DNA from: a virus
Taxonomy: Duplodnaviria; Heunggongvirae; Uroviricota; Caudoviricetes
Length of the DNA stretch: 64,000 nucleotides
Reading direction: 5' to 3' (one strand)
Virus record (IMG/VR): IMGVR_UViG_3300021387_000529
Location: 90,811 to 154,810 of that record
Shown here: in pieces, positions 29,707-40,053 of the stretch
Numbering within the stretch: the first letter of the stretch is position 1
How the letters are laid out: each line of letters starts with the position of its first letter
Notes under the pieces: model-generated
Databases searched by the model: none
Told to the model about the DNA's origin: nothing
What the model saw: the letters and a program-made list of their open reading frames with translations, nothing else
Program-made: the position numbers and the translations under genes

Positions 29707-30348
29707 ATGGAAGTAGAAATGAAAGCGAAAATTTCCATGCAGCAGGTTTTTGACTTGTTAGATGGAAAGTTTGAAAAATTTAGAATCTCACGTGGTGGTG
29801 GCTGGCATGCTATCCACAAAGTTGATGCGTATTACTCATTCGGAGGAATTGCACCAAAAAAACCAAAAGACATTATTCGTGTCCGTTCTGAAGCTCTAGT
29901 TGACCCATCATATCCAGTTGAAGACATCGTTCGGCAGCATTACAATTTTAAGATTGATGAAAACTTCAAGAGTTTCCTCACTGTTAAAGCAAAAAACACA
30001 GAAGCAGATGGAACTGAAGTCAATGAAGAATATGAAGGCGAATTGAACATTGACGCAACTAACGCATTTTTGCGTGCTATGGAAGTCACCAATTTCAAAC
30101 AGTGGTTTAGAAAAGTTAAAACTTCAATTTCATTCTATGTTGAAGAAAATTCAACAAACAGAGAAATTCACTGTGAAATTGTTACAGTTAATGAGATTGG
30201 CCCATTCCTTGAAGTTGAATGTGTTATTGATGACCCGAACGCAGCAAAAGCAGCTTCATCAACAATCAAGAAGTTCTTTAAGACAGCTCTTGGAATAACT
30301 GACTTCGAAAAGAGAGATTGGCCAACAATTATTGAGCAAGGTTCATGA
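29707..30348 (+). CDS. CYTH-like (class IV adenylate cyclase/triphosphate tunnel) protein
   Basis: EVEMKAK, DAYY, IIRVR, LTVK, EEYE, IGPFLEVE. Confidence 0.75.
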   Translation: MEVEMKAKISMQQVFDLLDGKFEKFRISRGGGWHAIHKVDAYYSFGGIAPKKPKDIIRVRSEALVDPSYPVEDIVRQHYNFKIDENFKSFLTVKAKNTEADGTEVNEEYEGELNIDATNAFLRAMEVTNFKQWFRKVKTSISFYVEENSTNREIHCEIVTVNEIGPFLEVECVIDDPNAAKAASSTIKKFFKTALGITDFEKRDWPTIIEQGS

Positions 30349-30593
30349 TTATGAGAAGCGGACATACATTGCCTCGGCTCTATACAACATTTAGAGCTGA
30401 GATGTTCCAAGTTGGCGAGCATGACTTTATTACCATCTATGATGCGGATGATGAGGTTTTGTGCCGACTTGCGAAAGAAAAAGGAATATTCTTCTGGAAA
30501 TACCAGATAAAACATATTACAAAGCTTGAGCTCATAAATGAGATTTATGCTTATTTAAAAGAACAAGGAATTCGATATGCAAAAATTCGATAG
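30345..30593 (+). CDS. Hypothetical protein
   Basis: ATGA coupling. Confidence 0.6.
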   Translation: MIMRSGHTLPRLYTTFRAEMFQVGEHDFITIYDADDEVLCRLAKEKGIFFWKYQIKHITKLELINEIYAYLKEQGIRYAKIR

Positions 30594-30912
30594 TCAGATG
30601 ATTGACACCATATGCAAAAAATATCCAAGTGTTTTTGGTATGCAGCCAACAAGCTATATCAGTGAAATGGCATGCGAAATTGCATTTCTTGACTCTTTGG
30701 ATGAAGATTTCTATTGTAAGCATAAATGTAAAGACGTTTGTGAAATGATGGATAAAATTGAAGACATTGTCGAAGATGACTATAAAAAATTCTGTAATGG
30801 GCTTTTTGACAGTCATGTTTTCAATTGTGTCAACCAAGATGAATTCGCAGATTTCATGCGTGATAAGTTTGGCTGGCAATTCCATGAAGTAACAACACTT
30901 TATTTTTGGTAG
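30577..30912 (+). CDS. Hypothetical protein
   Basis: AAGGA RBS. Confidence 0.65.
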   Translation: MQKFDSQMIDTICKKYPSVFGMQPTSYISEMACEIAFLDSLDEDFYCKHKCKDVCEMMDKIEDIVEDDYKKFCNGLFDSHVFNCVNQDEFADFMRDKFGWQFHEVTTLYFW

Positions 30913-30924
30913 GAGATTAAAAAG

Positions 30925-31617
30925 ATGGATTGTGCTGTTGTATTCAACTCTAGTATTGTTTCTCTACATGAGTGTGGTGCAGATGTTAAACATTATCCTT
31001 ATGCAATTTACAAAGATTGTGATAATGAACTTCATTTTTGTACAGGCGAAACTATTGTAAGTGATTGGCATTTTATCGCTCGTTGTGACTCAAAAGAAAC
31101 TGCAATGCGGTACATGGATTGTCTTGAAAATAAGCCAGGTCCTTGGCACATTTATGAAGACTTAACTAAAAGTCCACATACAACATTTGCTATGGCTCAA
31201 CAAGTAGTTGATTGTATTTCGCAGTCTTGCTATATTTTACGTTTTATAGTTTTCGACTATGATGCAGCTAAGGAAATTGTGGACAGACTCAATACAAATA
31301 AGCGTGTATTTTATAATATTGTGTACGATAAATTAACTGTTTTCAAGTGGTTATCAGAGGGAAAAACTATTCTTCGAAGACTATGTCACCCTGGAATTTC
31401 AAACGAAGAAATGGGAAATGAAGGCTGGGAGACTTATGACCCAACAGAAGACTTATTCAGTGAAGACTTTGAATATATGAGAGAAGACGAGCTTTGGCCA
31501 GCAAAAAAGCATATTTCGTTCGATGCTAATTTTAAGACTAAGGAAGAGCTTGAAGAATTTCTTGAAAAAATTGAAGATGTTGCTGTACAAGGCACTGTAA
31601 ATGTTTTGAGGATTTAA
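30925..31617 (+). CDS. Hypothetical protein
   Basis: AGGAG RBS, 230 aa. Confidence 0.7.
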   Translation: MDCAVVFNSSIVSLHECGADVKHYPYAIYKDCDNELHFCTGETIVSDWHFIARCDSKETAMRYMDCLENKPGPWHIYEDLTKSPHTTFAMAQQVVDCISQSCYILRFIVFDYDAAKEIVDRLNTNKRVFYNIVYDKLTVFKWLSEGKTILRRLCHPGISNEEMGNEGWETYDPTEDLFSEDFEYMREDELWPAKKHISFDANFKTKEELEEFLEKIEDVAVQGTVNVLRI

Positions 31618-31695
31618 AAATGGCGCCCGTAATTTTTACATGCATTATGATTGCGATATTAATCTGTTTAATGACATGCTAAAGAGGTAGTTTTT

Positions 31696-31980
31696 ATGAA
31701 CTTTGAAGAATGGCTAGAAGCAAATGGATTGGAGACAGGAATAACTATGAGCCCATCCTCAATCATAACTCGAAAAGATGGTAAACCAGCTTGGAGTAAA
31801 AACGGACATGATTTCATTGCATATTCAGATAAGATGATTTATGAAGCTGGTCAGAAAAATGCCTTTACAAAAGAAGAGCTTTCAAGATTGTTGCTTCATC
31901 TTGGTCCAAGAAATATAGACCATCCAAACGAGCATGATAGTCTTGTTGACAAAATAAGAAACTTATTGGAGGAAAAATAA
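31696..31980 (+). CDS. Hypothetical protein
   Basis: GAGGT RBS. Confidence 0.65.
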   Translation: MNFEEWLEANGLETGITMSPSSIITRKDGKPAWSKNGHDFIAYSDKMIYEAGQKNAFTKEELSRLLLHLGPRNIDHPNEHDSLVDKIRNLLEEK

Positions 31981-31983
31981 ATT

Positions 31984-32187
31984 ATGGAATTTTATATTCG
32001 CAATACAAAATTGAATGAAATTCAGGAAGAGCCATTCAAGACAAAAGAAGATGCTGAGAAAACTATTGCTGAGTTGAAAGAAATGTTCGGTGACTATTTT
32101 GAGGTTACAACTGAAAAATATGTTGAGCCTGTAAAACCTGAAAGAAAAGAAATTTTCATTCCAAAATCTAAGAAAGAAGACGAATAA
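31984..32187 (+). CDS. Hypothetical protein
   Basis: GGAGG RBS. Confidence 0.65.
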   Translation: MEFYIRNTKLNEIQEEPFKTKEDAEKTIAELKEMFGDYFEVTTEKYVEPVKPERKEIFIPKSKKEDE

Positions 32188-32235
32188 AATAAAATATTCC
32201 ATTACTGCAATCTTGTAATTGCAAAGGAGAAAATT

Positions 32236-32928
32236 ATGACAGAAAGACACAGAAACTTCACTGGTAAGAGTGACTTTTTTGACTGGTGTAACATGCACAA
32301 TAGACCAGAAGAAGTCATTTCTAAAGCAAAAGTCTATCTTGGTGATGCAAAAATTGAGCTCAAAAAGCCAGAAGACTTAATTCCTTACTACACACATTTG
32401 GTTGCTTCAGCAGCTTGTAATGGGACATCACAAACAATCAATCTTACACGAAAATCATACATCAACATAGAAGAAGCTGAACATATTGGCAATCATGTTT
32501 ACGATGCAATTTATTGGTACAGAAAAGCAAAAAGAGAGAAAGTTCCATTTAACTATGCTTTTGCTCAACGCCAGAAAAACTTTTGGTGTCCAGAAAAACC
32601 TGTTATGGAGTCTATAATCGCAATCATCAATAAAAACCCAAACATTACAAAATTTCATCTTGATAGTGACTACAGAAAAGCACTCGACTTCATTACTGAG
32701 TATATAATTCCACATTATTTCTCTAAAGTTCATGATGCTATGCATACTCGACAGCGAGAAGAGTTTGTAAAATACGCTTCAGAAAATGGATATTGTGCAT
32801 TTTCTTGGAATTTTGAAACTGGTGAAGTTGGCTATCAAAATCAAGGTGAGTGGCATCCAGTTATTCGCGATATGTGTTTCGATATTGCTGACTATCATAA
32901 AATGGTGAAGGAAGGAAAAATATCATGA
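32236..32928 (+). CDS. Hypothetical protein
   Basis: AGGAG RBS, 230 aa. Confidence 0.7.
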   Translation: MTERHRNFTGKSDFFDWCNMHNRPEEVISKAKVYLGDAKIELKKPEDLIPYYTHLVASAACNGTSQTINLTRKSYINIEEAEHIGNHVYDAIYWYRKAKREKVPFNYAFAQRQKNFWCPEKPVMESIIAIINKNPNITKFHLDSDYRKALDFITEYIIPHYFSKVHDAMHTRQREEFVKYASENGYCAFSWNFETGEVGYQNQGEWHPVIRDMCFDIADYHKMVKEGKIS

Positions 32929-33269
32929 TTGGAATGGATTGGTGTTACGCTTGTGCAGAGCATTACTGTGAAAAAACAGTTGACAAACTTTTTGCATGGA
33001 TTTTAATCGACAACTTCAGAAGATTTCCAAACTACTACCTTGTTGAAGAAGCAAAAGATGGAAATAGTGCTACGTTGACAATTTTTTTGTCATATTTTAA
33101 TGAGCATCCAGTCGCTAAAATTATGCATGACAGTGAAAGGTATTGGTGGCTTGCTGAAATTTTCAGAAACAGTTTAGTTCTTTCTGGAAAAGGTGATGTT
33201 TCGATTGATGACATAACTTGTGATGTTGATGAAACTCAGGTTATCGTAAAATGGAAGAGAGGAAAATAA
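32925..33269 (+). CDS. Hypothetical protein
   Basis: ATGA coupling. Confidence 0.65.
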   Translation: MIGMDWCYACAEHYCEKTVDKLFAWILIDNFRRFPNYYLVEEAKDGNSATLTIFLSYFNEHPVAKIMHDSERYWWLAEIFRNSLVLSGKGDVSIDDITCDVDETQVIVKWKRGK

Positions 33270-33841
33270 TGATGGCATTCTTTGATGACTTAATGGCTAT
33301 TCCACTTAATGTTGCCGACTTCGAATATGTTCGTAAAACTGCTGATGATTTTAATTCTAATGTATCAGAAATGTTTAAAGACATCGATAAACTTTTAGTA
33401 AAGCAGAATAAACTACTTCGGTTATTGCTATGCTTGCGCAATCTCAATCTTTTATTTGCAAGCATTTGTTGTGGTTCTGCAATTGCTGTTTTTGCAACAC
33501 AGAGCATGGTTTGGCGCATTATCAATATCGTTTCTTGTCTTGTTGTTGTTGTATTTTTTATTATAATTGGATGCACTGACAGCAAACAAAAATCTGTTGA
33601 ATATAAACGTGAAAAACTTGAGTATGAAGTCAAACTTCTACAATTAAGAGCTTCACTTATTGTGGCTGAACGAAAAAACTATACATTGAACAATGTTTAT
33701 AGTGACGTGCATAAAGTTATTGACAAGCTTTGTGAAACTCCTGGAATTGAAGAGAAAATTAATCTTATAAAGAAAGAGCTTGGAATAGACTTCAGCTATC
33801 TTGACAAAGAAATTAAAGAAATGGAGGACCTTATAAAATGA
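33269..33841 (+). CDS. Two-TM membrane protein
   Basis: Central hydrophobic hairpin. Confidence 0.65.
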   Translation: MMAFFDDLMAIPLNVADFEYVRKTADDFNSNVSEMFKDIDKLLVKQNKLLRLLLCLRNLNLLFASICCGSAIAVFATQSMVWRIINIVSCLVVVVFFIIIGCTDSKQKSVEYKREKLEYEVKLLQLRASLIVAERKNYTLNNVYSDVHKVIDKLCETPGIEEKINLIKKELGIDFSYLDKEIKEMEDLIK

Positions 33842-34389
33842 TACTTGAAAACAGAATATGCAATCTTGAAGGTAAGGTTAAAAAACTCAGTGGAAGCGTT
33901 GAAGAACTCACTAAGCAGGTTCAAGAACTTGTAAGCCGCCTCTCTAAAGAAGAGACTACTGAGACTAAGGTAATAGACCTCCGTGAGATGATTTGTCGTA
34001 TTGTCATCGATGGGATTTATTCTTATTTTTACCAGGCTGTTTATCAAGACTTTGGCGGAAAAGGACACGACACAACTGAGCAAGCAATCTACAAAGCAAA
34101 TGACTTGATTGCACGAGTTGGAATTGTTTCAGTCCAAACAGAAAATTATGATAAAGCATTTATCTATGCTTTAAATCCATATCTTTTAATAGACTATGAT
34201 AAAGGCAAACTTTGGGATTTTCTGTGTGACCGTGTAAAGAACTACCATTATCATATGCTTCTTGCAATTGGAGTATATAAATTTGGCGATGGCGATGAAG
34301 ATGATTTCTATGGAAAATACATGAATATTCTTGCAAGAGAATACTGCGAAAAACAAGATGAAAAACTCCGACAGTTAGAGGACTCATAA
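33838..34389 (+). CDS. Hypothetical protein with N-terminal coiled coil
   Basis: GGAGG RBS. Confidence 0.7.
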   Translation: MILENRICNLEGKVKKLSGSVEELTKQVQELVSRLSKEETTETKVIDLREMICRIVIDGIYSYFYQAVYQDFGGKGHDTTEQAIYKANDLIARVGIVSVQTENYDKAFIYALNPYLLIDYDKGKLWDFLCDRVKNYHYHMLLAIGVYKFGDGDEDDFYGKYMNILAREYCEKQDEKLRQLEDS

Positions 34390-35660
34390 TGAAAGCAAAT
34401 GTTTTTTATATTGATGATAATAAAATAATCTTTAATTTTAGCGCCGACAGAAAAATCTTACGACAACATGTTTTTACTAAAATTGATGGTGGAAAAAAAT
34501 ACGCAATTATTGTCAATTATTGTTCTGCAACTAAAGAGTATCATGTTTTCGCTAGGCTGAATGACGGCGTAAGATTTCATACGCTTTGGTCTTGGGACGT
34601 TCCTTATGTCTGCAATAGGCAACAATATGAATTTCGTTATGACATTAAAAAAGGAATTCAACCTATTATTGAAGCTTATGATATTGATGCTGCTGTTGAA
34701 ACACAAAAAAGAAATACAACTGAGATTTCAGTTGATGGTGGTCATCTTAAAATTACGATTTTCATGAGTCCAAAAAATGCTAAGTATGTATATACAGACA
34801 TTAAGAGACACCACTATGTTTCACCAATGTATTGGGACCGCTGGATTGACTGGTTTGACTGTAAATGCAAAGCATGTGAAGGAAAAGAACATCATTCTTG
34901 GCTCAGCAATCCAGATATAGGCTATGTTCGAAATCCAATAACTGGTGGAAATATAAGTTTCAGAACATTTATCTATCGTGACAGCGCTTATACACCAATT
35001 GATGACAATGAATACGAAACTTTAGTATTCTACAATCGTGACGAATATCAAAGAGATGTTTTAGACTATTATTATCCAGAGCTTGAGTATTGTAAATGGT
35101 ACAGCAGGAAAGAACTTAATGTTAAAATTAAGAACAATCCAAAATGGGCTGATATGTATGTTGGTACAGACACATTTGACTCTCTTTGGAATGCTCAAAA
35201 GATGTATCGTTTCGTAAATGGCAATCTTCGTGGAAAGGTCTATAAAGAAGGTGAGATTTCTGAAGAAGATAAAAAACTCATGACAGAAAGCACAATGTCT
35301 GAAAAAGTTGTGACATTGGCATATAAGCAATATGAGAAAACTTACATGCCATTTGATGAACTTTGGAAAACTTCTGTTCCACAAGAAGATATTGATGAAA
35401 ACGCAAATGCATTTGGTGGAGCTTGGAGGCATATTCATAACAAGAAAAATGTTTTGCAAAAAGATGATGCTTATCAGTTTGAGAAAAATGACTTTGAAAA
35501 AGTTGTGACACTCGGTTATCATCGAACACAAGTTGATGATGCAATTGAGTGCCCAGTTTGCCGTGACTTATATGATATTATGAGAAGCGGTTATGAAATG
35601 GTTCCTTGGTACAAGCGTCTTATTGTGCCATATTATAGATGGAAATATAGGGATAAGTAA
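34389..35660 (+). CDS. Hypothetical protein
   Basis: 423 aa ORF. Confidence 0.75.
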   Translation: MKANVFYIDDNKIIFNFSADRKILRQHVFTKIDGGKKYAIIVNYCSATKEYHVFARLNDGVRFHTLWSWDVPYVCNRQQYEFRYDIKKGIQPIIEAYDIDAAVETQKRNTTEISVDGGHLKITIFMSPKNAKYVYTDIKRHHYVSPMYWDRWIDWFDCKCKACEGKEHHSWLSNPDIGYVRNPITGGNISFRTFIYRDSAYTPIDDNEYETLVFYNRDEYQRDVLDYYYPELEYCKWYSRKELNVKIKNNPKWADMYVGTDTFDSLWNAQKMYRFVNGNLRGKVYKEGEISEEDKKLMTESTMSEKVVTLAYKQYEKTYMPFDELWKTSVPQEDIDENANAFGGAWRHIHNKKNVLQKDDAYQFEKNDFEKVVTLGYHRTQVDDAIECPVCRDLYDIMRSGYEMVPWYKRLIVPYYRWKYRDK

Positions 35661-35662
35661 AA

Positions 35663-36013
35663 ATGGCTATAATGACTGAAGAAGGCGATATTCGAGCGCG
35701 TCAAGCTTATATTTCATCATTTGAAGACTTAGAGATGCGAAAAGTCGCTATCAATGGATTTGAACATGGTTTTACGCAAGCCCGAAAATCTTATAAATGG
35801 ATTTTTAATGATGACTTTACTATTGGCTATTATGAGCCGATTGAGAGACATGGCTTCGATACATTTTTGATACGAAAAGTTTCAGAACAAAAATGGGCAG
35901 TCATTGTGATGTTTGAAGCTAATCAATATCATTATGAAGTTGTTCATGGAATGGATAAAGCTATGAAAACTTTGGTTAATTTATTTAATGAGGTTAGGAA
36001 GATAAATGGATGA
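35663..36013 (+). CDS. Hypothetical protein
   Basis: 116 aa ORF in an operon. Confidence 0.65.
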   Translation: MAIMTEEGDIRARQAYISSFEDLEMRKVAINGFEHGFTQARKSYKWIFNDDFTIGYYEPIERHGFDTFLIRKVSEQKWAVIVMFEANQYHYEVVHGMDKAMKTLVNLFNEVRKING

Positions 36014-36209
36014 TAAACAGCTTACAGTTGCAGACTTGTGCTCACAATTGCAGTCTATTGCGCATGAAGGTTACGCTATTCATGCAATTGAGCTTTTAGT
36101 TGAATGCGATAAATGTTCTTCAGACTTAACGTTAGACAATCCTCGATTAGAAATTTTGAAGTCTGAGAATAATCATTCTGTAAAACTATTATTTAGGAAT
36201 AAGGACTAA
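36006..36209 (+). CDS. Hypothetical protein
   Basis: 67 aa, AGGA RBS. Confidence 0.55.
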   Translation: MDDKQLTVADLCSQLQSIAHEGYAIHAIELLVECDKCSSDLTLDNPRLEILKSENNHSVKLLFRNKD

Positions 36210-36216
36210 ATTTAAA

Positions 36217-37095
36217 ATGAAACATCCTTTACGCGAAATAAAAAGAGTAATTTCTCAGTGGATAGAACGCAGATATTGGTATGATTTTCGTGCTTATAAA
36301 ACTTTTTGGTTCAATGATGAAACTAATAAATATGAAGAACGAAAAGACCGTGGCTATGAAAAGTTGAATATCACTTGGGACGGCGAAAACGATATTCTTG
36401 GTATAATGCTTATGAAAATTGAGCACATGTACCATAATCTTAAACATTATGGTGTTCAATGTGACTTCTATCTTGACTCACATAATGTTATCAAATACGG
36501 AAATGAAAAAGACATCAATTGGGCATTCCATGCAGTTATGAATGATAATGACCCATTCAAAGAAGAGAATAAAAAAGATTGGCTTCTTGGACAATTTAAT
36601 TATCTGAATGAAGATGGCTCAAAAGAAAGCCGTTTCATCTATGGCTGGGATAATAATGAGCATTCATTAAAAGTTGTCATGAAATGGGTCGCAAAAGGCT
36701 GCTTTAAATGTTATACATATGATGCAGACGGAAATGAAGTTGAATTTCATGGTGATGTAGTTTCTACTTTTGGAAAAGGCATTGTTGAGAATGTATATTC
36801 TATCACAGTTCCAGTTACAGAATATAAAGATTTGAGTGATGCGCTCAAACCTCATGTTCGTGGAAACAGAAGAACTTTGACCCAGCTTTTACATCTTCGC
36901 CATCTTGTAAAAAGATTGTACTGTTTGGAAGATACAGATGACAAATATTTTAACATGTGGAAAGACATTCAAGATAAAGACTTACAGTATGAGAAAATGA
37001 TTGAAGCTGAAAAACTTTATGAAAGTGACAGAAGAAAGCTTTATCTTGAAATTGCTGAATTTATGGCAGAACATGGTAGAGGCTGGTGGGATTAA
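36217..37095 (+). CDS. Hypothetical phage protein
   Basis: 292 aa, ends with GWWD. Confidence 0.75.
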   Translation: MKHPLREIKRVISQWIERRYWYDFRAYKTFWFNDETNKYEERKDRGYEKLNITWDGENDILGIMLMKIEHMYHNLKHYGVQCDFYLDSHNVIKYGNEKDINWAFHAVMNDNDPFKEENKKDWLLGQFNYLNEDGSKESRFIYGWDNNEHSLKVVMKWVAKGCFKCYTYDADGNEVEFHGDVVSTFGKGIVENVYSITVPVTEYKDLSDALKPHVRGNRRTLTQLLHLRHLVKRLYCLEDTDDKYFNMWKDIQDKDLQYEKMIEAEKLYESDRRKLYLEIAEFMAEHGRGWWD

Positions 37096-37100
37096 AATTT

Positions 37101-37139
37101 TTGAACTTTATATCACTTCTTCATATATTATATATGTAA
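37101..37139 (+). promoter_or_regulatory. Repeated sigma70-type phage promoter
   Basis: TTGAAC-N17-TATATT...TGTAA. Confidence 0.8.
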
Positions 37140-37151
37140 CGAGGTGATTGA

Positions 37152-37487
37152 ATGTCAAAATACAAGTTTACTTGGCAAAAAGAAGAAGACGTTAATGACT
37201 ACAAAGCTTGGGCAGAATGTATGAATTTTCATGTTGATGAAATCATCAGCGAAAATCCAAAAGCTTTGTTTTGGGCAACAATCCGATGTATTAAAGACGT
37301 TTATCAAATCACCTGCATCACACTTTATGACAAGGTAAACAAAGTTGCTTACACTTGTTTCAGCGAAAATGACAGAACTGTTGGCTCTGATGATTGCCAT
37401 GCTTTTGAGCATTGGTGCTTCCGACAGTTCGACAGACTTTGCGACAAACTTGGCTACAAACCTGAAACGCTTGAGTTTGTGGAATAA
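37152..37487 (+). CDS. Hypothetical protein
   Basis: GAGGTG RBS; own promoter and terminator. Confidence 0.75.
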   Translation: MSKYKFTWQKEEDVNDYKAWAECMNFHVDEIISENPKALFWATIRCIKDVYQITCITLYDKVNKVAYTCFSENDRTVGSDDCHAFEHWCFRQFDRLCDKLGYKPETLEFVE

Positions 37488-37507
37488 AAATTTTTACCTC
37501 TTACACT

Positions 37508-37533
37508 GGCCTGGAGAAATCCAGGCCTTTTTT
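37508..37533 (+). terminator. Rho-independent terminator
   Basis: GGCCTGGA-GAAA-TCCAGGCC-TTTTTT. Confidence 0.85.
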
Positions 37534-37551
37534 GTTAATATTATATAATAT

Positions 37552-38349
37552 ATGGATAAAAAACCTGAAGACATGGATGTAGATGAGCTTATGGCGCTCA
37601 TCAGTAAACTTGATAAAGAATTTGATGAAAATGGCGCAAGCTGGAGTAATGAAGAACGCAACAAACGTTTTGAAGAATTGAGCAGACTTGATAAGATTCT
37701 TGACTCAAAGTATGATAGTCTTGCTGAAAAAGTTATCGCTGAACGTGAAGCAAAAGAAGCCGACTATCAGAAAATCGACTTTAGTGATGGTCTTCATCTT
37801 GAGCTCATCAAACACGTTCTCGAAACTGGAGAAAGACTATATACGCAAAACTTTAGGTATGCAGCTTGGATGCAGCTTATTCCTTCTAAATGGTTTGAAG
37901 ACGTAGAAGGTGGTGACAATGAAGCAGTTCTCAATTTCTATAATAAAGTTATGGATGAGCTCTTCGAATTTTTTGAGCATCTCTGCAACTTTCAAGAAGA
38001 CGTTGGTGAGCATTTCCCTGTGAAAGAAATCAAACTTTTCTTAAATGGATATGGAACATTTATTCTTGGAAAAGCTGATGGACAAGGAACAGATTTCTAC
38101 ATCGAGAAAGACAATGACCACAATTTCAGAATGGTTTTGAATTGGGAAGAAGCTCTTAAATACGCGAAAATGAGCTCTTTCGAGCAGGCAAAAGAATATG
38201 CTAGTATGCTTTACAATATGATTGGCGATTGCTCTTTTATACGAAAGCATTGGGATAAATTAATGTTCTGTTTAGGACAATGTACAACAGCTGGTTTGTG
38301 CTTTCAGGCCAGAATAAATAAAGATAATTATAAAGAGGTGCTATCATGA
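37552..38349 (+). CDS. Hypothetical protein
   Basis: 265 aa ORF. Confidence 0.7.
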   Translation: MDKKPEDMDVDELMALISKLDKEFDENGASWSNEERNKRFEELSRLDKILDSKYDSLAEKVIAEREAKEADYQKIDFSDGLHLELIKHVLETGERLYTQNFRYAAWMQLIPSKWFEDVEGGDNEAVLNFYNKVMDELFEFFEHLCNFQEDVGEHFPVKEIKLFLNGYGTFILGKADGQGTDFYIEKDNDHNFRMVLNWEEALKYAKMSSFEQAKEYASMLYNMIGDCSFIRKHWDKLMFCLGQCTTAGLCFQARINKDNYKEVLS

Positions 38350-38612
38350 AACTTGAAGACGTAAAAATTAAAGGTTATCATTTTGACCCAGAAACTCAGG
38401 ATAAACTTGGTTCTTTCTATTTCATTTCTGATGACTGTGAAGATGATTGGGTTCGTGTTTCTCCAATCTCAAACATGAAGTCAATGTATGTTGTCACAGT
38501 TGTCAGAGGTTGTGAAGACTCTACTATGTATGTAACATCAATTGATGGTGAGCATGAACTCAACTTGAAAAACTTTGAAACATGGATTAACAAGGAGGTA
38601 AAAGCAGCATGA
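38346..38612 (+). CDS. Hypothetical protein
   Basis: GAGGTG RBS. Confidence 0.65.
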   Translation: MKLEDVKIKGYHFDPETQDKLGSFYFISDDCEDDWVRVSPISNMKSMYVVTVVRGCEDSTMYVTSIDGEHELNLKNFETWINKEVKAA

Positions 38613-39349
38613 CAGTAACAGAACTTCGTAATATTGTAAACTACCTCAAAGACAACAAATACAAATTTTGGAGCGGCGATAAAGATGGCTTTCATGAAAT
38701 GGAAACAATTCGCTTTCCAGCACATATTGAGTTAATGTCAAAGTTTGCAGCTGGAAAAAGTTTCGACCTTAATGAAAAAGAATGCGAATATTTACATGAT
38801 GTTATTCCTGAAAGCTATTCAGACTATGTTCATTATCGTGGCAATTTCTACATCATTGACTATGGTATTGGAAAAGCTGGACATGTTGAAAAAGAACAGA
38901 TTGATAAAAATGTAAAAATTTTCGATTTCAGCCATACAGAACTTGAGACTTTGGCAATTTCAGCTGCAACTGCTGCCAATCTTCTTACACAGGCTCTTGA
39001 GAGATATGAAAGAAACAGTGTTTATGATGAGTTCAATTACAGCATTATAAAAGAGCTTGAAAGACCAAATAGTGCATACAGTAAATATTATTCTCTTTCT
39101 GCTGAGCAGGAAAAGTCTGTCAACGAATGGAAACATATTCACAATAAGAAGTATCACAAAAAAGGTTTTGGCTACCAAGGTGCTTCTCCAGTTTCCAATT
39201 TCGAAGTGCGGTTTGGCGCATGTTCAATTGGTGATTGGGCAAACTGTGTATGCTTAAATTGTTTGAAGAAAGCTGAAGAAGAAACTGATGCGAAAAAGAA
39301 AGACAAGATTAAAAAGGCAGCTTCATTTGAGATTTTCAACAATATGTAG
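38609..39349 (+). CDS. Hypothetical protein
   Basis: AGGAGG RBS. Confidence 0.7.
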   Translation: MTVTELRNIVNYLKDNKYKFWSGDKDGFHEMETIRFPAHIELMSKFAAGKSFDLNEKECEYLHDVIPESYSDYVHYRGNFYIIDYGIGKAGHVEKEQIDKNVKIFDFSHTELETLAISAATAANLLTQALERYERNSVYDEFNYSIIKELERPNSAYSKYYSLSAEQEKSVNEWKHIHNKKYHKKGFGYQGASPVSNFEVRFGACSIGDWANCVCLNCLKKAEEETDAKKKDKIKKAASFEIFNNM

Positions 39350-39363
39350 TCACTAATTATTAT

Positions 39364-39555
39364 GTGAGAAAGCAGTTCAAAGATGAGGGAAATTTAGAGC
39401 CTCCTGTCACAGAGATGTGCGACGTCTGCGGAAAGGATTGTGAGATGCCTATTCCGCGGTTTTATTTTCTTGCTCAAAATGGAATAGTCTATGTTGTTCG
39501 TCATCATTTGAACTGCAATCCATATGATGCTTTAAGAAGGATTGGTGTATGTTGA
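39364..39555 (+). CDS. Small hypothetical protein (CxxC)
   Basis: 63 aa ORF after an ACTAATT motif. Confidence 0.45.
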   Translation: MRKQFKDEGNLEPPVTEMCDVCGKDCEMPIPRFYFLAQNGIVYVVRHHLNCNPYDALRRIGVC

Positions 39556-39705
39556 ATTGGGAATTGTACAAAAGAGATGGAGATACTGGAATTGAACTTT
39601 GGAAAACTCCAACAAAGTTTTTAGTTTGTCAAAAATATTTATTTAAATTTAAATTCAGAAACACACTTCAAGAAGCCATGGAACTTTATAGAGGGGTTAC
39701 AAGAG

Positions 39706-40038
39706 GTGGGAAAGAGCTTTAAGAAAGTAATTGCATTTGGTAAGTCTACACGTGGTGGGCAAGCACGCCATAACAAAACTTGGGGAGATTGGTTAGCTGA
39801 AAAAGCACGAAAAGAAAATAAGCCAATTATACGCCAGCATCATCGTCATTTTCTTCAAACTTATGAAGATTACATAGATTATGTATTAAATCATATGTTT
39901 ATTGAGACGCCATACAATGACATGTATGACAGAAGACGATATGAAAATTATAAAAAGTTTTTAAATGGTCGAGAGGAGACGCCATCTCTTATTGAAGAAT
40001 TTGCAAAAATGCTCTTCAATAAGGACAGGTCTAAATAA
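39706..40038 (+). CDS. Hypothetical basic protein
   Basis: 110 aa, GTG start. Confidence 0.6.
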   Translation: MGKSFKKVIAFGKSTRGGQARHNKTWGDWLAEKARKENKPIIRQHHRHFLQTYEDYIDYVLNHMFIETPYNDMYDRRRYENYKKFLNGREETPSLIEEFAKMLFNKDRSK

Positions 40039-40053
40039 AAAATAACAATAGCA